In this document: positions 1-8,554 of the stretch, piece by piece | Layout of the letters: each line of letters opens with the position of its first letter | Position numbering within the stretch: the stretch's first letter is position 1 | Assembly (NCBI GenBank): GCA_017453085.1 | Contig: JAFTKV010000045.1 | Location: forward strand, 1-31,884 | Origin: Clostridia bacterium | Lineage (GTDB): Bacteria; Bacillota; Clostridia; Oscillospirales; CAG-272 | Direction: 5' to 3' | DNA length: 31,884 nucleotides | Position numbers and translations under genes: made by a program | The notes under the pieces: model-generated | The model's database searches: none | What the model was told of the DNA's origin: nothing | What the model saw: only the letters and a program-made list of their open reading frames with translations

Positions 1-2
1 CC

Positions 3-893
3 CAAAACGGCTACTCCATCATCGCCTACACCGACCACGACGTGATGATCCCTCACCACGATCTTTCCGACGAGCACTTCCTCGCCCTGGTGGGCTACGA
101 GATGGAGGTGGATCAGCCCCGTCCCGAGGGTGCGCCTTACGCCAAAACCTGCCATATGTGCCTGATCGCTCTCTCCCCCGACACGACGGAGCAGGTTTGC
201 TGGCACCGTGAGCGTTATCTCTTCGGCAGAGCCGTAGGATATCGCGAGCAGGCGAAGTTCGACGAGTCGCTCCCCGATTACGTGCGCTCCTACACCCACG
301 AGGGCATCTCGGATATGATGCAAAAGGGACGGGACGCAGGCTTCTTTGTCACCTACAACCATCCCAGCTGGTCTATGGAGGAGTATCCCGACTACGTGGG
401 CTACAACGGAATGCACGCCATGGAGATCTGCAACTACGGCTGCACCTGCGTTGGCTACGAGGACTACGTTCCCCAGATCTACGATTCCCTGCTCCGCGCG
501 GGCAAGCGGATCTTTTGTACCGCTACCGATGACAACCACAACCGCAACAATGATTCCTGCGGCGGCTTTACCATGATCAAAGCAGACAAGCTGGAATACA
601 CCGCCATCACCGATGCGCTCTTAAAGGGACAGTTCTACGCCTCCCAAGGCCCTGCCATCGAGGAGCTGTGGCTGGAGGGAGATATGGTGCACATCAAGTG
701 CTCCCCCGCAAGAGAGATTTTCATGAACACCGGCGTCAGACGAACCGCATTTGCCAGAGCCAATCCGGGCGAGACGATCACCGAGGCCGCCTTCCGTGTG
801 CGCCCCGAGGATCAGTATTTCCGACTGACCGTCATTGACGAGGCAGGCAAACCGGCGAATACCAACGCGTATTTCACCGACGAGTGGATGTAA
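3..893 (+). CDS. PHP-domain metallohydrolase (CehA/McbA-like), 5'-truncated by the window edge
   Basis: Frame is open from base 3 (QNGYSIIAYTDHDVM...). PHP motifs AYTDH, GYEME, YNHPSWS and the C-terminal ATDDNH are present. Confidence 0.8.
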   Translation, partial: QNGYSIIAYTDHDVMIPHHDLSDEHFLALVGYEMEVDQPRPEGAPYAKTCHMCLIALSPDTTEQVCWHRERYLFGRAVGYREQAKFDESLPDYVRSYTHEGISDMMQKGRDAGFFVTYNHPSWSMEEYPDYVGYNGMHAMEICNYGCTCVGYEDYVPQIYDSLLRAGKRIFCTATDDNHNRNNDSCGGFTMIKADKLEYTAITDALLKGQFYASQGPAIEELWLEGDMVHIKCSPAREIFMNTGVRRTAFARANPGETITEAAFRVRPEDQYFRLTVIDEAGKPANTNAYFTDEWM

Positions 894-918
894 CGCCACG
901 ACACAACAAGCCTCAAAG

Positions 919-1122
919 ATGAAGCTCAAAATCGCATCCATACTGTTTTACACCTTATTGATCTTGACCATCGTCGGCGGAACCTGCGGTATAATCTGGG
1001 AAGTGTTACCGGACAGATCCCTGATTCCCGATTCCTTATTCAATACTGTTGTCCTCAGCCAATTTGTGATCCTTCCCGGGCTGCTGATCACCGGTTTTCT
1101 GGTCAACAAGTGGAAAACGTAA
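919..1122 (+). CDS. Small hypothetical membrane protein (67 aa, two hydrophobic segments)
   Basis: ATG at 919, MKLKIASILFYTLLILTIVGG...; fills the gap between the PHP gene and the terminator. No clear RBS. Confidence 0.45.
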   Translation: MKLKIASILFYTLLILTIVGGTCGIIWEVLPDRSLIPDSLFNTVVLSQFVILPGLLITGFLVNKWKT

Positions 1123-1132
1123 TATCAAGCAA

Positions 1133-1160
1133 CAAAACGGAGGCTTACGCCTCCGTTTTG
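1133..1160. terminator. Bidirectional intrinsic terminator
   Basis: CAAAACGGAGGC-TTAC-GCCTCCGTTTTG, a 12-bp inverted repeat between convergent genes. Confidence 0.85.
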
Positions 1161-1167
1161 GTTTGGG

Positions 1168-2637
1168 TCATCCTTCAAATTCAATCGAGCTGCCGGTATC
1201 CTTTTCGCCAACCACCTGACCGTAGGGGTTAAACGCATACCGCCAAATATCCGCCTTGATCGTTGCAAGATAACCGGTGGAAATATAATAGGTTTCATTG
1301 GCATTCATTTCTGCGCCCACATATCGGTTGACCAGCCAATCCAGCTGCTTGCCTTTTACCGACAGCTGACTGCCGGAGGCACCGGGAATGGTATAGAACC
1401 GCTGCGGCTCTCCGCTGTCGGGATCGCAAACCAGCAGCACTGCCGTGTGATGATCCTTCATAAACTGCAGCTGCTCTTCCGCAGAAGGTGTTTTTTCGCC
1501 AAACTGCTCTTGATAAAGACCGTACAGCCCCTTCGACCACTTGCCGGACTCGTAGTGGATCGAGGGAACGATTCTGCCGCTCAGATAGACCAGACCGTTG
1601 AACTCGACCATGTCGGTGATTTCATAATAATCATCGCCGCTTCCAAAGGTGACGGTGCTCTGCACCTTGCCATCCTTCTCTTGCATCAGCCGATCTCCCT
1701 TGAGCATGAGATATCCGTCGCCCATGGGAACCACCTTCTTAATCCATTCGCCTCTGGCATCGTATTCCGCATACCGCTCACTCACAAGATTGCCCTCCAT
1801 ATCAATGGTGAGAATCCACATACGATCGTTAGAGGCAGTGAACAGGGTGCAGTTGCCTTCATCATAGAGGATATAGTTGACGCCGGGCTGATGCATCCTG
1901 CTATTATAATCCTTTTGCCAAATCACGTCAGACTCGGAGTCCAGCAAACAAACCCGCACGGTTTGAGTAGCTACGCCTTTTTCAAGGAGGTTTCCTGCGA
2001 CCATTATCTTGTCGCCTACGGCGCGCGCATCATAGATATAGAGATCGTCCAGCCGTTTGCACCAGATCTGCTGATCCCCCTTTATCTTGAAGAGCTGTCC
2101 GTAGTGTTCGCGCGTTTGCGGATTATACACCTGCACAAAGCCATACTCAACACCCGCTTCACCACTCTGCTGTTGATCTTCAACGCCCCAGACGTACCCT
2201 ACCATCCACAGGCGTTTTAGCCCGTCGGAATCCAGGGGCTTCGCCTGGATTTCATATCCCTCCAGACCGCTGGCCAGTGCTTCCTCGGTTTTTTCATAGG
2301 TGAAGCTTTCGGACACGATATCCCGATAGATCTTCTTGATCTCACTACGGGAAAATCCTTCGGCAGAGAGATTGTATTCCTCAAAAAAGTCGATCGCTTC
2401 GCCATATGCCTTCGCTTCTTCCGCAACCACTGTCACACCGCCGGCAACCAGCAGCAGTGCGGCCATAGCCAATGCTGCCAGCTTGGCAGGCCCCAACCGC
2501 CGTCTGACGGGGGTGAGGAGCTTGCGGTGCTCCTCGGTCTCGGCAGGCACTATGGGAGATGCGGCCAGAATCTTCGCTTTATCGGGCAAAGGATAGCTGT
2601 CCAGTTGGTGTAAAATGTTGTCAATCTTCTTTTTCAT
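1168..2637 (-). CDS. Putative membrane-anchored anti-sigma/sensor protein, copy 1 (489 aa)
   Basis: Directly downstream of an ECF sigma gene, with GGAGG RBS. Short basic N-terminus, one TM segment (LAALAMAALLLVAGGVTVVA), then a large beta-rich extracytoplasmic region. Paralog of 3365-4813. The anti-sigma role is inferred from synteny and topology. Confidence 0.7.
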   Translation of the reverse strand: MKKKIDNILHQLDSYPLPDKAKILAASPIVPAETEEHRKLLTPVRRRLGPAKLAALAMAALLLVAGGVTVVAEEAKAYGEAIDFFEEYNLSAEGFSRSEIKKIYRDIVSESFTYEKTEEALASGLEGYEIQAKPLDSDGLKRLWMVGYVWGVEDQQQSGEAGVEYGFVQVYNPQTREHYGQLFKIKGDQQIWCKRLDDLYIYDARAVGDKIMVAGNLLEKGVATQTVRVCLLDSESDVIWQKDYNSRMHQPGVNYILYDEGNCTLFTASNDRMWILTIDMEGNLVSERYAEYDARGEWIKKVVPMGDGYLMLKGDRLMQEKDGKVQSTVTFGSGDDYYEITDMVEFNGLVYLSGRIVPSIHYESGKWSKGLYGLYQEQFGEKTPSAEEQLQFMKDHHTAVLLVCDPDSGEPQRFYTIPGASGSQLSVKGKQLDWLVNRYVGAEMNANETYYISTGYLATIKADIWRYAFNPYGQVVGEKDTGSSIEFEG

Positions 2638-2651
2638 CTTTGTTCCTCCTT

Positions 2652-3182
2652 TCAGGATTCATAATGCTTTTTAAGCTTTTTCAGCGCACGCTGATACTTT
2701 TTCTCGGCAGCGGATGTACTGATCTCCAGCATCTTTGCCACCTGACGGTGAGAAAGTCCTGCGTATATATGCAGCGTGACGATCTGCCGCTCCTCCTCGG
2801 TCAGCTGTGCAAGAAGATCCTGCACCTCTACCGAAGCAAGCTTCCCGTCGCGTGCCGGAATATCACCGATCTCATCGGTAGACAGCTCGGTTTTCCGTTT
2901 TTTGATCAGATTGATGGCAGTATGACGGGTGATAGACATCACGTAGGCGCGTGGGCTGTTCCCCGCTTTGTATCGCTTGGCATATCTTGCCAGCAGGAGC
3001 ATTACGTCCTGCAACACGTCCTCAGCATCCGTGAAATTGCCTACAATGATATATGCTACCGACAGGATGAGCCGTCCGTACAAATCGTAGATCGCCGACA
3101 GCCCGCTCATGTCTCCCTGCGACAGATTACAGAGCGCTTTATCCGCTTGTTTGTCAATGCGTGCTTGCTTGAATGAATTCAC
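2652..3182 (-). CDS. ECF-family RNA polymerase sigma factor, copy 1 (176 aa)
   Basis: Region 2 (DAEDVLQDVML...YVMSITRHTAINL) and region 4 (LTEEERQIVTLHIYAGLSHRQVAKML). GTG start at 3182 behind GAGGTGA. Confidence 0.92.
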   Translation of the reverse strand: MNSFKQARIDKQADKALCNLSQGDMSGLSAIYDLYGRLILSVAYIIVGNFTDAEDVLQDVMLLLARYAKRYKAGNSPRAYVMSITRHTAINLIKKRKTELSTDEIGDIPARDGKLASVEVQDLLAQLTEEERQIVTLHIYAGLSHRQVAKMLEISTSAAEKKYQRALKKLKKHYES

Positions 3183-3195
3183 TTTCTCACCTCTT

Positions 3196-3241
3196 TGAGA
3201 TCTCACTTATTAATACAATTGAGAACCCCGATTTCGGACAC
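3196..3241 (-). promoter_or_regulatory. Conserved upstream motif of ECF copy 1 (candidate autoregulatory ECF promoter/operator)
   Basis: GTGTCCGAAAT-N6-TCTCA-N14-TGAGATCTCA, with the same sequence and spacing as at 5372-5417. Confidence 0.7.
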
Positions 3242-3294
3242 GGTTGATTGAAAAATTTTTGCAACATCTTTGAGAAAAGCACTCTCCCGAATAC

Positions 3295-3323
3295 AGTATA
3301 CCAGATTGCAATCATTCCGTCAA
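3295..3323 (-). promoter_or_regulatory. Sigma-A-type promoter upstream of ECF copy 1
   Basis: TTGACG-N17-TATACT with TGn extension. Confidence 0.75.
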
Positions 3324-3327
3324 ATTC

Positions 3328-3358
3328 CAAAAAACGGAGGCTTTCGCCTCCGTTTTTG
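3328..3358 (-). terminator. Intrinsic terminator of module 2, near-identical to 1133-1160
   Basis: AAAAACGGAGGC-TTTC-GCCTCCGTTTTT. Confidence 0.85.
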
Positions 3359-3364
3359 TGTGAA

Positions 3365-4813
3365 TTAATTTTCGAATACGGTTGATCTGCCGGTATCCTT
3401 TTCTCCAACGATCTGACCGTAGAGAGAGAACACGTACTGCCATTGGTCGGCGCTGATTTTTGCCAAATTGCCGGAAGACAGATAGTAGCTTTCGCTGTAT
3501 ATGCTCTCGATTTCGGTGTACCGATCGACCTCCCAATTCAGTCTGCCGCCGCCAACGGTCAGCTTGCCGCCGGATGCCCCGGGGACGGTATAGAAGCTCT
3601 TGGGTTCGCCCGTCTCGGGATCACAGATCATCAGCATAGCGGTGTGATTCTCCCTATAGAACTGCGAAACCTCTTCATCCGTAAGTCCGTCTTTCCCATG
3701 CTCCTCGATAAATCGATCGTACGCATCTCCTTCAGATCGGTTGTGATGCTTGGGCATCCTGGTACCGGTGAGATAGACCAGACCGTTAAACTCCACCATA
3801 CCGTCGAAGTGATACTCCCAATCATCGTTGCCGAATTGTTCGAGCACCTCCAGTTGATTGCCCTTCTGCCGAAGCAGCTTATCACCGGTATCAAACAGGT
3901 AGTCCTCTCCGATTCGCACAACCGCTTCAAAGTCGGCAAAGCCGGAACTACGGTACACCCTTTCTTCTTCGACGATATTGCCATCCAAGTCCAAGGTTAG
4001 GATCCACATCGAGTGGTCAAAATCCCGTTCGATCACGGTAATGGTATCATCCGTGCAATACAACGGATACCGAACGTTTCCAAAGCCAAAGGGACGAGAA
4101 TACTGCTTCACCCACGCCAGAGTGGAGTCCTCATTGAACAACGCAAGTCGTACAGTATACTCCGGATCATCCGGCAGGCGTCCGCAAACGGCAACCTTAT
4201 CGCCGATGGGGGCAATATCGGAACAATTGATTTCCTCCGGATAAATGCTCCACTGTACGGCACCATCCTTCAGCTGCTGCAATCCGTTCGTATCGTCTTC
4301 TCTTTCCAGTACAACGTACTCGTACCCATCAACCTCGGACATTTGAGTGCGGCCACCGGCTCCCAACCAGCGGCATACCATCCATACGCGCTTCAAGCCT
4401 TCGGAATCCAAGGGTTTTGCCTGGATCTCGTAGCCTTCAAAGCTGTTTGCCAGTGCTTCCTCGGTCTTTTCATAGGTGAAGCTTTCGGTAATAATGTCCT
4501 TGTAGATCTTCTTCACTTCACTGCGAGTAAAGCCCTCGGCTGAGAGATTGTACTCTTCAAAAAAGTCGATTGCTTCATTGTACGCCTTGGCTTCTTGCGC
4601 TACTACGGTAACGCCGCCGGCGACCAACAGCAGTGCGGCCATGGCCAATACCGCTATCTTGCGGGGGCTGAATCTGCGAGTTTTTGGAGTTGCGCGCGGT
4701 TCAGGGGTTGTTTGCGGGGCTGCTGCAGCACAGTTTGCCAAAATCCTCTCCTTCTCGGGGAGAGAGAGCGAATCCAGCTTCTGCATTGTTTTGATAATAT
4801 TACGCTTTTTCAT
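3365..4813 (-). CDS. Putative membrane-anchored anti-sigma/sensor protein, copy 2 (482 aa)
   Basis: Same architecture as copy 1. Shared block EAKAYxEAIDFFEEYNLSAEGF...FTYEKTEEALA and shared C-terminal CDPxxGEPxxFYTxPGASG. GGAGG RBS. Confidence 0.7.
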   Translation of the reverse strand: MKKRNIIKTMQKLDSLSLPEKERILANCAAAAPQTTPEPRATPKTRRFSPRKIAVLAMAALLLVAGGVTVVAQEAKAYNEAIDFFEEYNLSAEGFTRSEVKKIYKDIITESFTYEKTEEALANSFEGYEIQAKPLDSEGLKRVWMVCRWLGAGGRTQMSEVDGYEYVVLEREDDTNGLQQLKDGAVQWSIYPEEINCSDIAPIGDKVAVCGRLPDDPEYTVRLALFNEDSTLAWVKQYSRPFGFGNVRYPLYCTDDTITVIERDFDHSMWILTLDLDGNIVEEERVYRSSGFADFEAVVRIGEDYLFDTGDKLLRQKGNQLEVLEQFGNDDWEYHFDGMVEFNGLVYLTGTRMPKHHNRSEGDAYDRFIEEHGKDGLTDEEVSQFYRENHTAMLMICDPETGEPKSFYTVPGASGGKLTVGGGRLNWEVDRYTEIESIYSESYYLSSGNLAKISADQWQYVFSLYGQIVGEKDTGRSTVFEN

Positions 4814-4826
4814 TTCATTTCCTCCT

Positions 4827-5357
4827 TCAGCATTCGTATTGCTGTCTGAGCTTTGCCAATGCTCTGCGGTACTTCTTCTCCGCCGCTGCGGTAGTGATCC
4901 CCAGCGTCTTCGCTACCTCTTTGTGGGAAAGCCCACCGTAGAGATGGAGGGTCACCGTCTGCCGCTCCTCTTCGGATAGGGTACGCAAAAGATCCAGCAC
5001 CTCCACCGCTTCCAGCAGCCCGTCGTCCGAGGATCGGTCGCCTGCTTCTTCCAGCGAGGCTTGGGGCTTTCGCCTGCGCAGATTGTCAATGGCAATGTGT
5101 CGTGTAATGGTGAGGATATACGCCCGCGGGCTGCTTCCCGACCCATACCGGGAAGCGTAACGGGCAAGTTCGATCATGGTATCCTGCAGGACGTCCTCTG
5201 CATCGGCGGTGTTTTCCACAATGGTATACGCTACCGACAGGATCAGCCGACCGTAGAGATCGTAGATGTTTCCCAGTGCAGAACGGTCTCCCGACGCCAG
5301 CCGACGAAGTGCTCGGTCGCCCTCTCGATCCGTGATCATTTGTTTGATGCTTGCCAT
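4827..5357 (-). CDS. ECF-family RNA polymerase sigma factor, copy 2 (176 aa)
   Basis: DAEDVLQDTMI...YILTITRHIAIDNL and LSEEERQTVTLHLYGGLSHKEVAKTL. ATG at 5357 behind AGGAGGTGA. Confidence 0.92.
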   Translation of the reverse strand: MASIKQMITDREGDRALRRLASGDRSALGNIYDLYGRLILSVAYTIVENTADAEDVLQDTMIELARYASRYGSGSSPRAYILTITRHIAIDNLRRRKPQASLEEAGDRSSDDGLLEAVEVLDLLRTLSEEERQTVTLHLYGGLSHKEVAKTLGITTAAAEKKYRRALAKLRQQYEC

Positions 5358-5371
5358 ATTTGTCACCTCCT

Positions 5372-5417
5372 TGAGATCTCATCTATATAAGCGTATGAGA
5401 TCGCCCATTTCGGACAC
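5372..5417 (-). promoter_or_regulatory. Conserved upstream motif of ECF copy 2
   Basis: GTGTCCGAAAT-N6-TCTCA-N14-TGAGATCTCA directly ahead of the RBS. Confidence 0.7.
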
Positions 5418-5445
5418 GATATTTGAAAAAAGTCAATATTTTGGT

Positions 5446-5496
5446 AAAAACACAGTCCCGCCAAGAGGGAGACAGCGCGCTCCCCTCGGTGGGACT
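5446..5496 (-). terminator. Intrinsic terminator at the end of the feo cluster
   Basis: Imperfect hairpin AGTCCCACCGAGGGGAG...CTCCCTCTTGGCGGGACT followed by GTGTTTTT. Confidence 0.6.
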
Positions 5497-5498
5497 TC

Positions 5499-5527
5499 AT
5501 TATATCATATTTCTGCAGTAAACGCAA
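5499..5527 (-). promoter_or_regulatory. Sigma-A-type promoter upstream of ECF copy 2
   Basis: TTGCGT-N17-TATAAT with TGn extension. Confidence 0.6.
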
Positions 5528-5528
5528 G

Positions 5529-5879
5529 TTATTCAGCCCTCGTCGTGGGATACCCCGCTCGTTGCAGGCGGGTGAGGATCACCTCGTCCTCCACCTCTTC
5601 GGCATAAGAGACGGTGAGCAAGCCTTTTTTCAGATCCACCTTGCCCGCCACGCCGTGAATATCCCCCACTACCTCCTCCACACGGACAACGCACCGCTGA
5701 CAATGCATCCCCTCTACGCAAAAGGTTTTCGTATGAGTGATATGGTTCAGCTTTTTTCGCTGCGGCCGATACTCTCCTCCGCCGCAACAGGCACCTTTTC
5801 CCCGAAAATGCTTCACCGTAGAGTAAATTCCGACGGCAATCAGCAGGAGCACGATGCCTGCAATGATATAGTTTTGCAT
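5529..5879 (-). CDS. FeoB-associated Cys-rich membrane peptide fused to a heavy-metal-associated (HMA) domain (116 aa)
   Basis: N-terminal TM plus GKGACCGGG, then the HMA motif VEGMHCQRC. GGAGG RBS. Confidence 0.8.
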   Translation of the reverse strand: MQNYIIAGIVLLLIAVGIYSTVKHFRGKGACCGGGEYRPQRKKLNHITHTKTFCVEGMHCQRCVVRVEEVVGDIHGVAGKVDLKKGLLTVSYAEEVEDEVILTRLQRAGYPTTRAE

Positions 5880-5894
5880 ATATCCTCCCGTATT

Positions 5895-5933
5895 TCAAAA
5901 AAGGGATGCGTGCGGTAAGGCGCGCATCCCTTT
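5895..5933 (-). terminator. Intrinsic terminator between the two Cys-rich genes
   Basis: AAAGGGATGCGCGC...GCACGCATCCCTTT followed by a T-tract on the minus strand. Confidence 0.7.
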
Positions 5934-5936
5934 GGA

Positions 5937-6152
5937 TTATTTGATTTGATCCTGTCTGCGATCTGCCTTTGCTTGAGTAAAAGCAGGATCGACAGTGCCG
6001 GTGCCACATCCGCCGCATTTGCGCTTGGCGCATTCCTTGGCATAGGGACAGCCCACGCAGGTCTCTCCCCGCTTTTTAGACAGCACGATGTAAGTGATGG
6101 CACCGCCGATGATCGCCGCAAGAATGACAGAAACAATCATATCGATCAGCAT
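5937..6152 (-). CDS. FeoB-associated Cys-rich membrane protein (71 aa)
   Basis: TM segment, then KKRGETCVGCPYAKEC...CGGC. GGGGAG RBS 8 nt before the ATG at 6152. Follows feoB. Confidence 0.8.
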   Translation of the reverse strand: MLIDMIVSVILAAIIGGAITYIVLSKKRGETCVGCPYAKECAKRKCGGCGTGTVDPAFTQAKADRRQDQIK

Positions 6153-6189
6153 TGACATCACTCCCCTTCAGATCGGTATAGGTTGGCAA

Positions 6190-8193
6190 TTACTTGCCTG
6201 CAAATTCTTTCTTAGCCTTCAGATTGGATCGGAAGCCCAGGAAGACGACGACCGCGATGATGGCAGCTACTGCGATCAGACCGGGGATAAAGCCGGTGCC
6301 CGGCGCAGAGGTGGTGATCAGCGTACCGATCTGGTAGACGAAGAAGGACAGAACGTATGCCGTCGCAAACTGCAGTCCGATGCCTGCAAACAGCCACTTT
6401 TTGCTCTTGATCTCGGAATTCATCGCGCCGATTGCCGCAAAGCAAGGGGGAGTGAACAGGTTGAACATCAAATATGCAAGCCCTGCTGCCGCGGTGATGC
6501 CCAGAACCGCCTCGCCGTTACCGCTCTGGAGCAGCTCGAAGTCCTCGTTGATAGCCAGCGCGGCGAATACGGCGCCCAGCGTACCAACGACCTCCTCCTT
6601 GGCGATGAAGCCGGTGACAGCTGCTGCCGCCAGCTGCCACATACCAAATCCCAGAGGGATCAGCACTACGGCAAAGGGCGTAGCGATGTCGTGGAGGATG
6701 GACTGTGTAGGATCGTCCACCATCTGCAGACTCCAGGAGAAGTTCAGCATAATGGTCACCACTGCATTACACAGCAGGATGATCGTGCCTGCCTTTACGA
6801 TGTAAGACCAACCGCGCGCACACATGGATTTGAATGCGCCCCACAGGGAAGGCAGCTTATAATCGGGCAGTTCGATGATAAAGAAGGACTTTCTGTACTT
6901 ATAGCCGGAGATCCACTTGATCAGCAGTGCGCCGAGGAAGATCAGCAGGATGCCTGCGAAGTACATCAAGGGCGATACCCAGGAAGATTCGGGGAAGAAC
7001 AGACCCGCAAAGAGTGCGATCACGGGGATCTTTGCGCCGCAGGGCATAAAGGGAGTCAGCATAGCGGTTGCTCTGCGCTCCCGCTCGTTTCGGATGGTAC
7101 GGCAAGCCATGATACCGGGGATCGCGCAGCCGGTGCCGATAACGAAGGGGATAACCGACTTACCGGACAGACCCACCTTCTTGAAGATGGGATCGAGAAT
7201 GACTGCAACGCGGGACATATAGCCGCAGTCCTCCAGAAGGGCCAGCAGGAAGTACATAACCATGACCAAGGGCAGGAAGCCAATAACCGCGCCCACACCG
7301 CCAATGATACCGTCTATAACGATCGTCTGCAGGAAGGGATTTGCGCCCTCCATCAGACCGCCAACCCATTCGCCGAACCATTCGATCAGCGTAACCAGAC
7401 CGGGGATCGCAACGCCGCCAACCTCAACGCCCTCGGCAAGCCAAGCGCCCAGCCAGTTCTGAGAGATCTCGAATACCAGGAACATCACGACCGCAAAGAT
7501 CGGAATACCCAGCCACTTATTGGTGAGAACTGCGTCGATCTTGTCACCTACGTTTATATCCTTAGTCAGCACCTTGCGGGACTCAACGTCCTTAACGATC
7601 TTGTTCACGAAAGCAAACCGCTTGCGGTCTGCCGCTTCCACGGCCGCTTTGTCGTTCAAGTCCACTACTTCCTGCTGATAGGGAGCCTTTTGGGTAGCAC
7701 CCGCCTGCTTTACGGCGGTTTCGATCAAAGCTTTCAGCCCGTCCGCGGAGGTAGACACGGTGTTGACAACCGGGCAGCCCAGCTTTTTGCTCAGTGCCTC
7801 GGCATCAATGATCGTTTCCTTCTTGTCGTTAATATCACTCTTGTTCAGCGCAATCACCATCGGTACGCCCAGCTCCAGCAGCTGCGTAGTGAAGAACAGG
7901 CTTCGGCTCAGATTAGTAGCGTCCACGATGTTGATGATCACATCGGGATTTTCACGCTTCACATAGGAGCTGGTGATGCTCTCTTCGCTGGTGAAGGGGG
8001 ACATGGAGTATGCACCGGGCAGATCCACAGCGACGAGCTGCATCTCACCTGCGTAGTACGACTTTTTGATGGGGTGTTCTTTCTTGTCTACGGTAACACC
8101 TGCCCAGTTACCGACCTTTTCGTTTCTGCCGGTCAGAGCATTGTACATCGTAGTCTTACCGGAGTTGGGATTACCGGTCAGAGCGATTCTCAT
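6190..8193 (-). CDS. feoB: Ferrous iron transport protein B
   Basis: G1 GNPNSGKT, G2 NWAGVTV, G3 DLPG, G4 NKSD; gate motifs GCAIPG and PFMPCGAK; C-terminal PPCFAA; many TM helices. Confidence 0.97.
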   Translation of the reverse strand: MRIALTGNPNSGKTTMYNALTGRNEKVGNWAGVTVDKKEHPIKKSYYAGEMQLVAVDLPGAYSMSPFTSEESITSSYVKRENPDVIINIVDATNLSRSLFFTTQLLELGVPMVIALNKSDINDKKETIIDAEALSKKLGCPVVNTVSTSADGLKALIETAVKQAGATQKAPYQQEVVDLNDKAAVEAADRKRFAFVNKIVKDVESRKVLTKDINVGDKIDAVLTNKWLGIPIFAVVMFLVFEISQNWLGAWLAEGVEVGGVAIPGLVTLIEWFGEWVGGLMEGANPFLQTIVIDGIIGGVGAVIGFLPLVMVMYFLLALLEDCGYMSRVAVILDPIFKKVGLSGKSVIPFVIGTGCAIPGIMACRTIRNERERRATAMLTPFMPCGAKIPVIALFAGLFFPESSWVSPLMYFAGILLIFLGALLIKWISGYKYRKSFFIIELPDYKLPSLWGAFKSMCARGWSYIVKAGTIILLCNAVVTIMLNFSWSLQMVDDPTQSILHDIATPFAVVLIPLGFGMWQLAAAAVTGFIAKEEVVGTLGAVFAALAINEDFELLQSGNGEAVLGITAAAGLAYLMFNLFTPPCFAAIGAMNSEIKSKKWLFAGIGLQFATAYVLSFFVYQIGTLITTSAPGTGFIPGLIAVAAIIAVVVFLGFRSNLKAKKEFAGK

Positions 8194-8258
8194 AGGGATT
8201 CCTCCTGAGTTATGTAAACTTTATAATGAATTCTTTCGAATGATTAACTGAATCACGC

Positions 8259-8276
8259 GGTTAGTTTTGGCTAACC
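8259..8276. promoter_or_regulatory. DtxR-like metal-repressor box between feoA and feoB
   Basis: GGTTAG-TTTTGG-CTAACC inverted repeat with the same arms as 8555-8574. Confidence 0.6.
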
Positions 8277-8315
8277 AATTGAGAAATAAAAAACAATCCG
8301 CAGATCGTTCTTTAT

Positions 8316-8528
8316 TCAGATCAGGATCGCCTCGGCGAGCTGCTTATCAATGTTATAGCGCGCGTCTTTGATAGAAACCACGCAACTGTTTTTCTTTTGA
8401 GATACTACGGTGATGGTCTCTCCGCTGTAACAGCCCAGAGAGAACAGGAATGCGTTCAGCTCTTCGTCGTCGGTGTCGATCTGACGGATGACGTATTCGG
8501 TTCCGGGAACGGCATCTTTCAGCGTCAT
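8316..8528 (-). CDS. feoA: Ferrous iron transport protein A (70 aa)
   Basis: MTLKDAVPG...FLFSLGCYSGETITVV...IKDARYNID, an SH3-like FeoA pattern. GGAGG RBS before the ATG at 8528. Confidence 0.92.
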   Translation of the reverse strand: MTLKDAVPGTEYVIRQIDTDDEELNAFLFSLGCYSGETITVVSQKKNSCVVSIKDARYNIDKQLAEAILI

Positions 8529-8554
8529 AACAACCTCCGCTTGCATCATGATGT

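Noticed and set aside
6094-8208. 704-aa ORF antisense to feoB, plus similar shadows such as 24291-25091 and 28885-29904
   Set aside because: These overlap well-supported minus-strand genes and show no recognisable motifs or expression signals; best explained as shadow ORFs.
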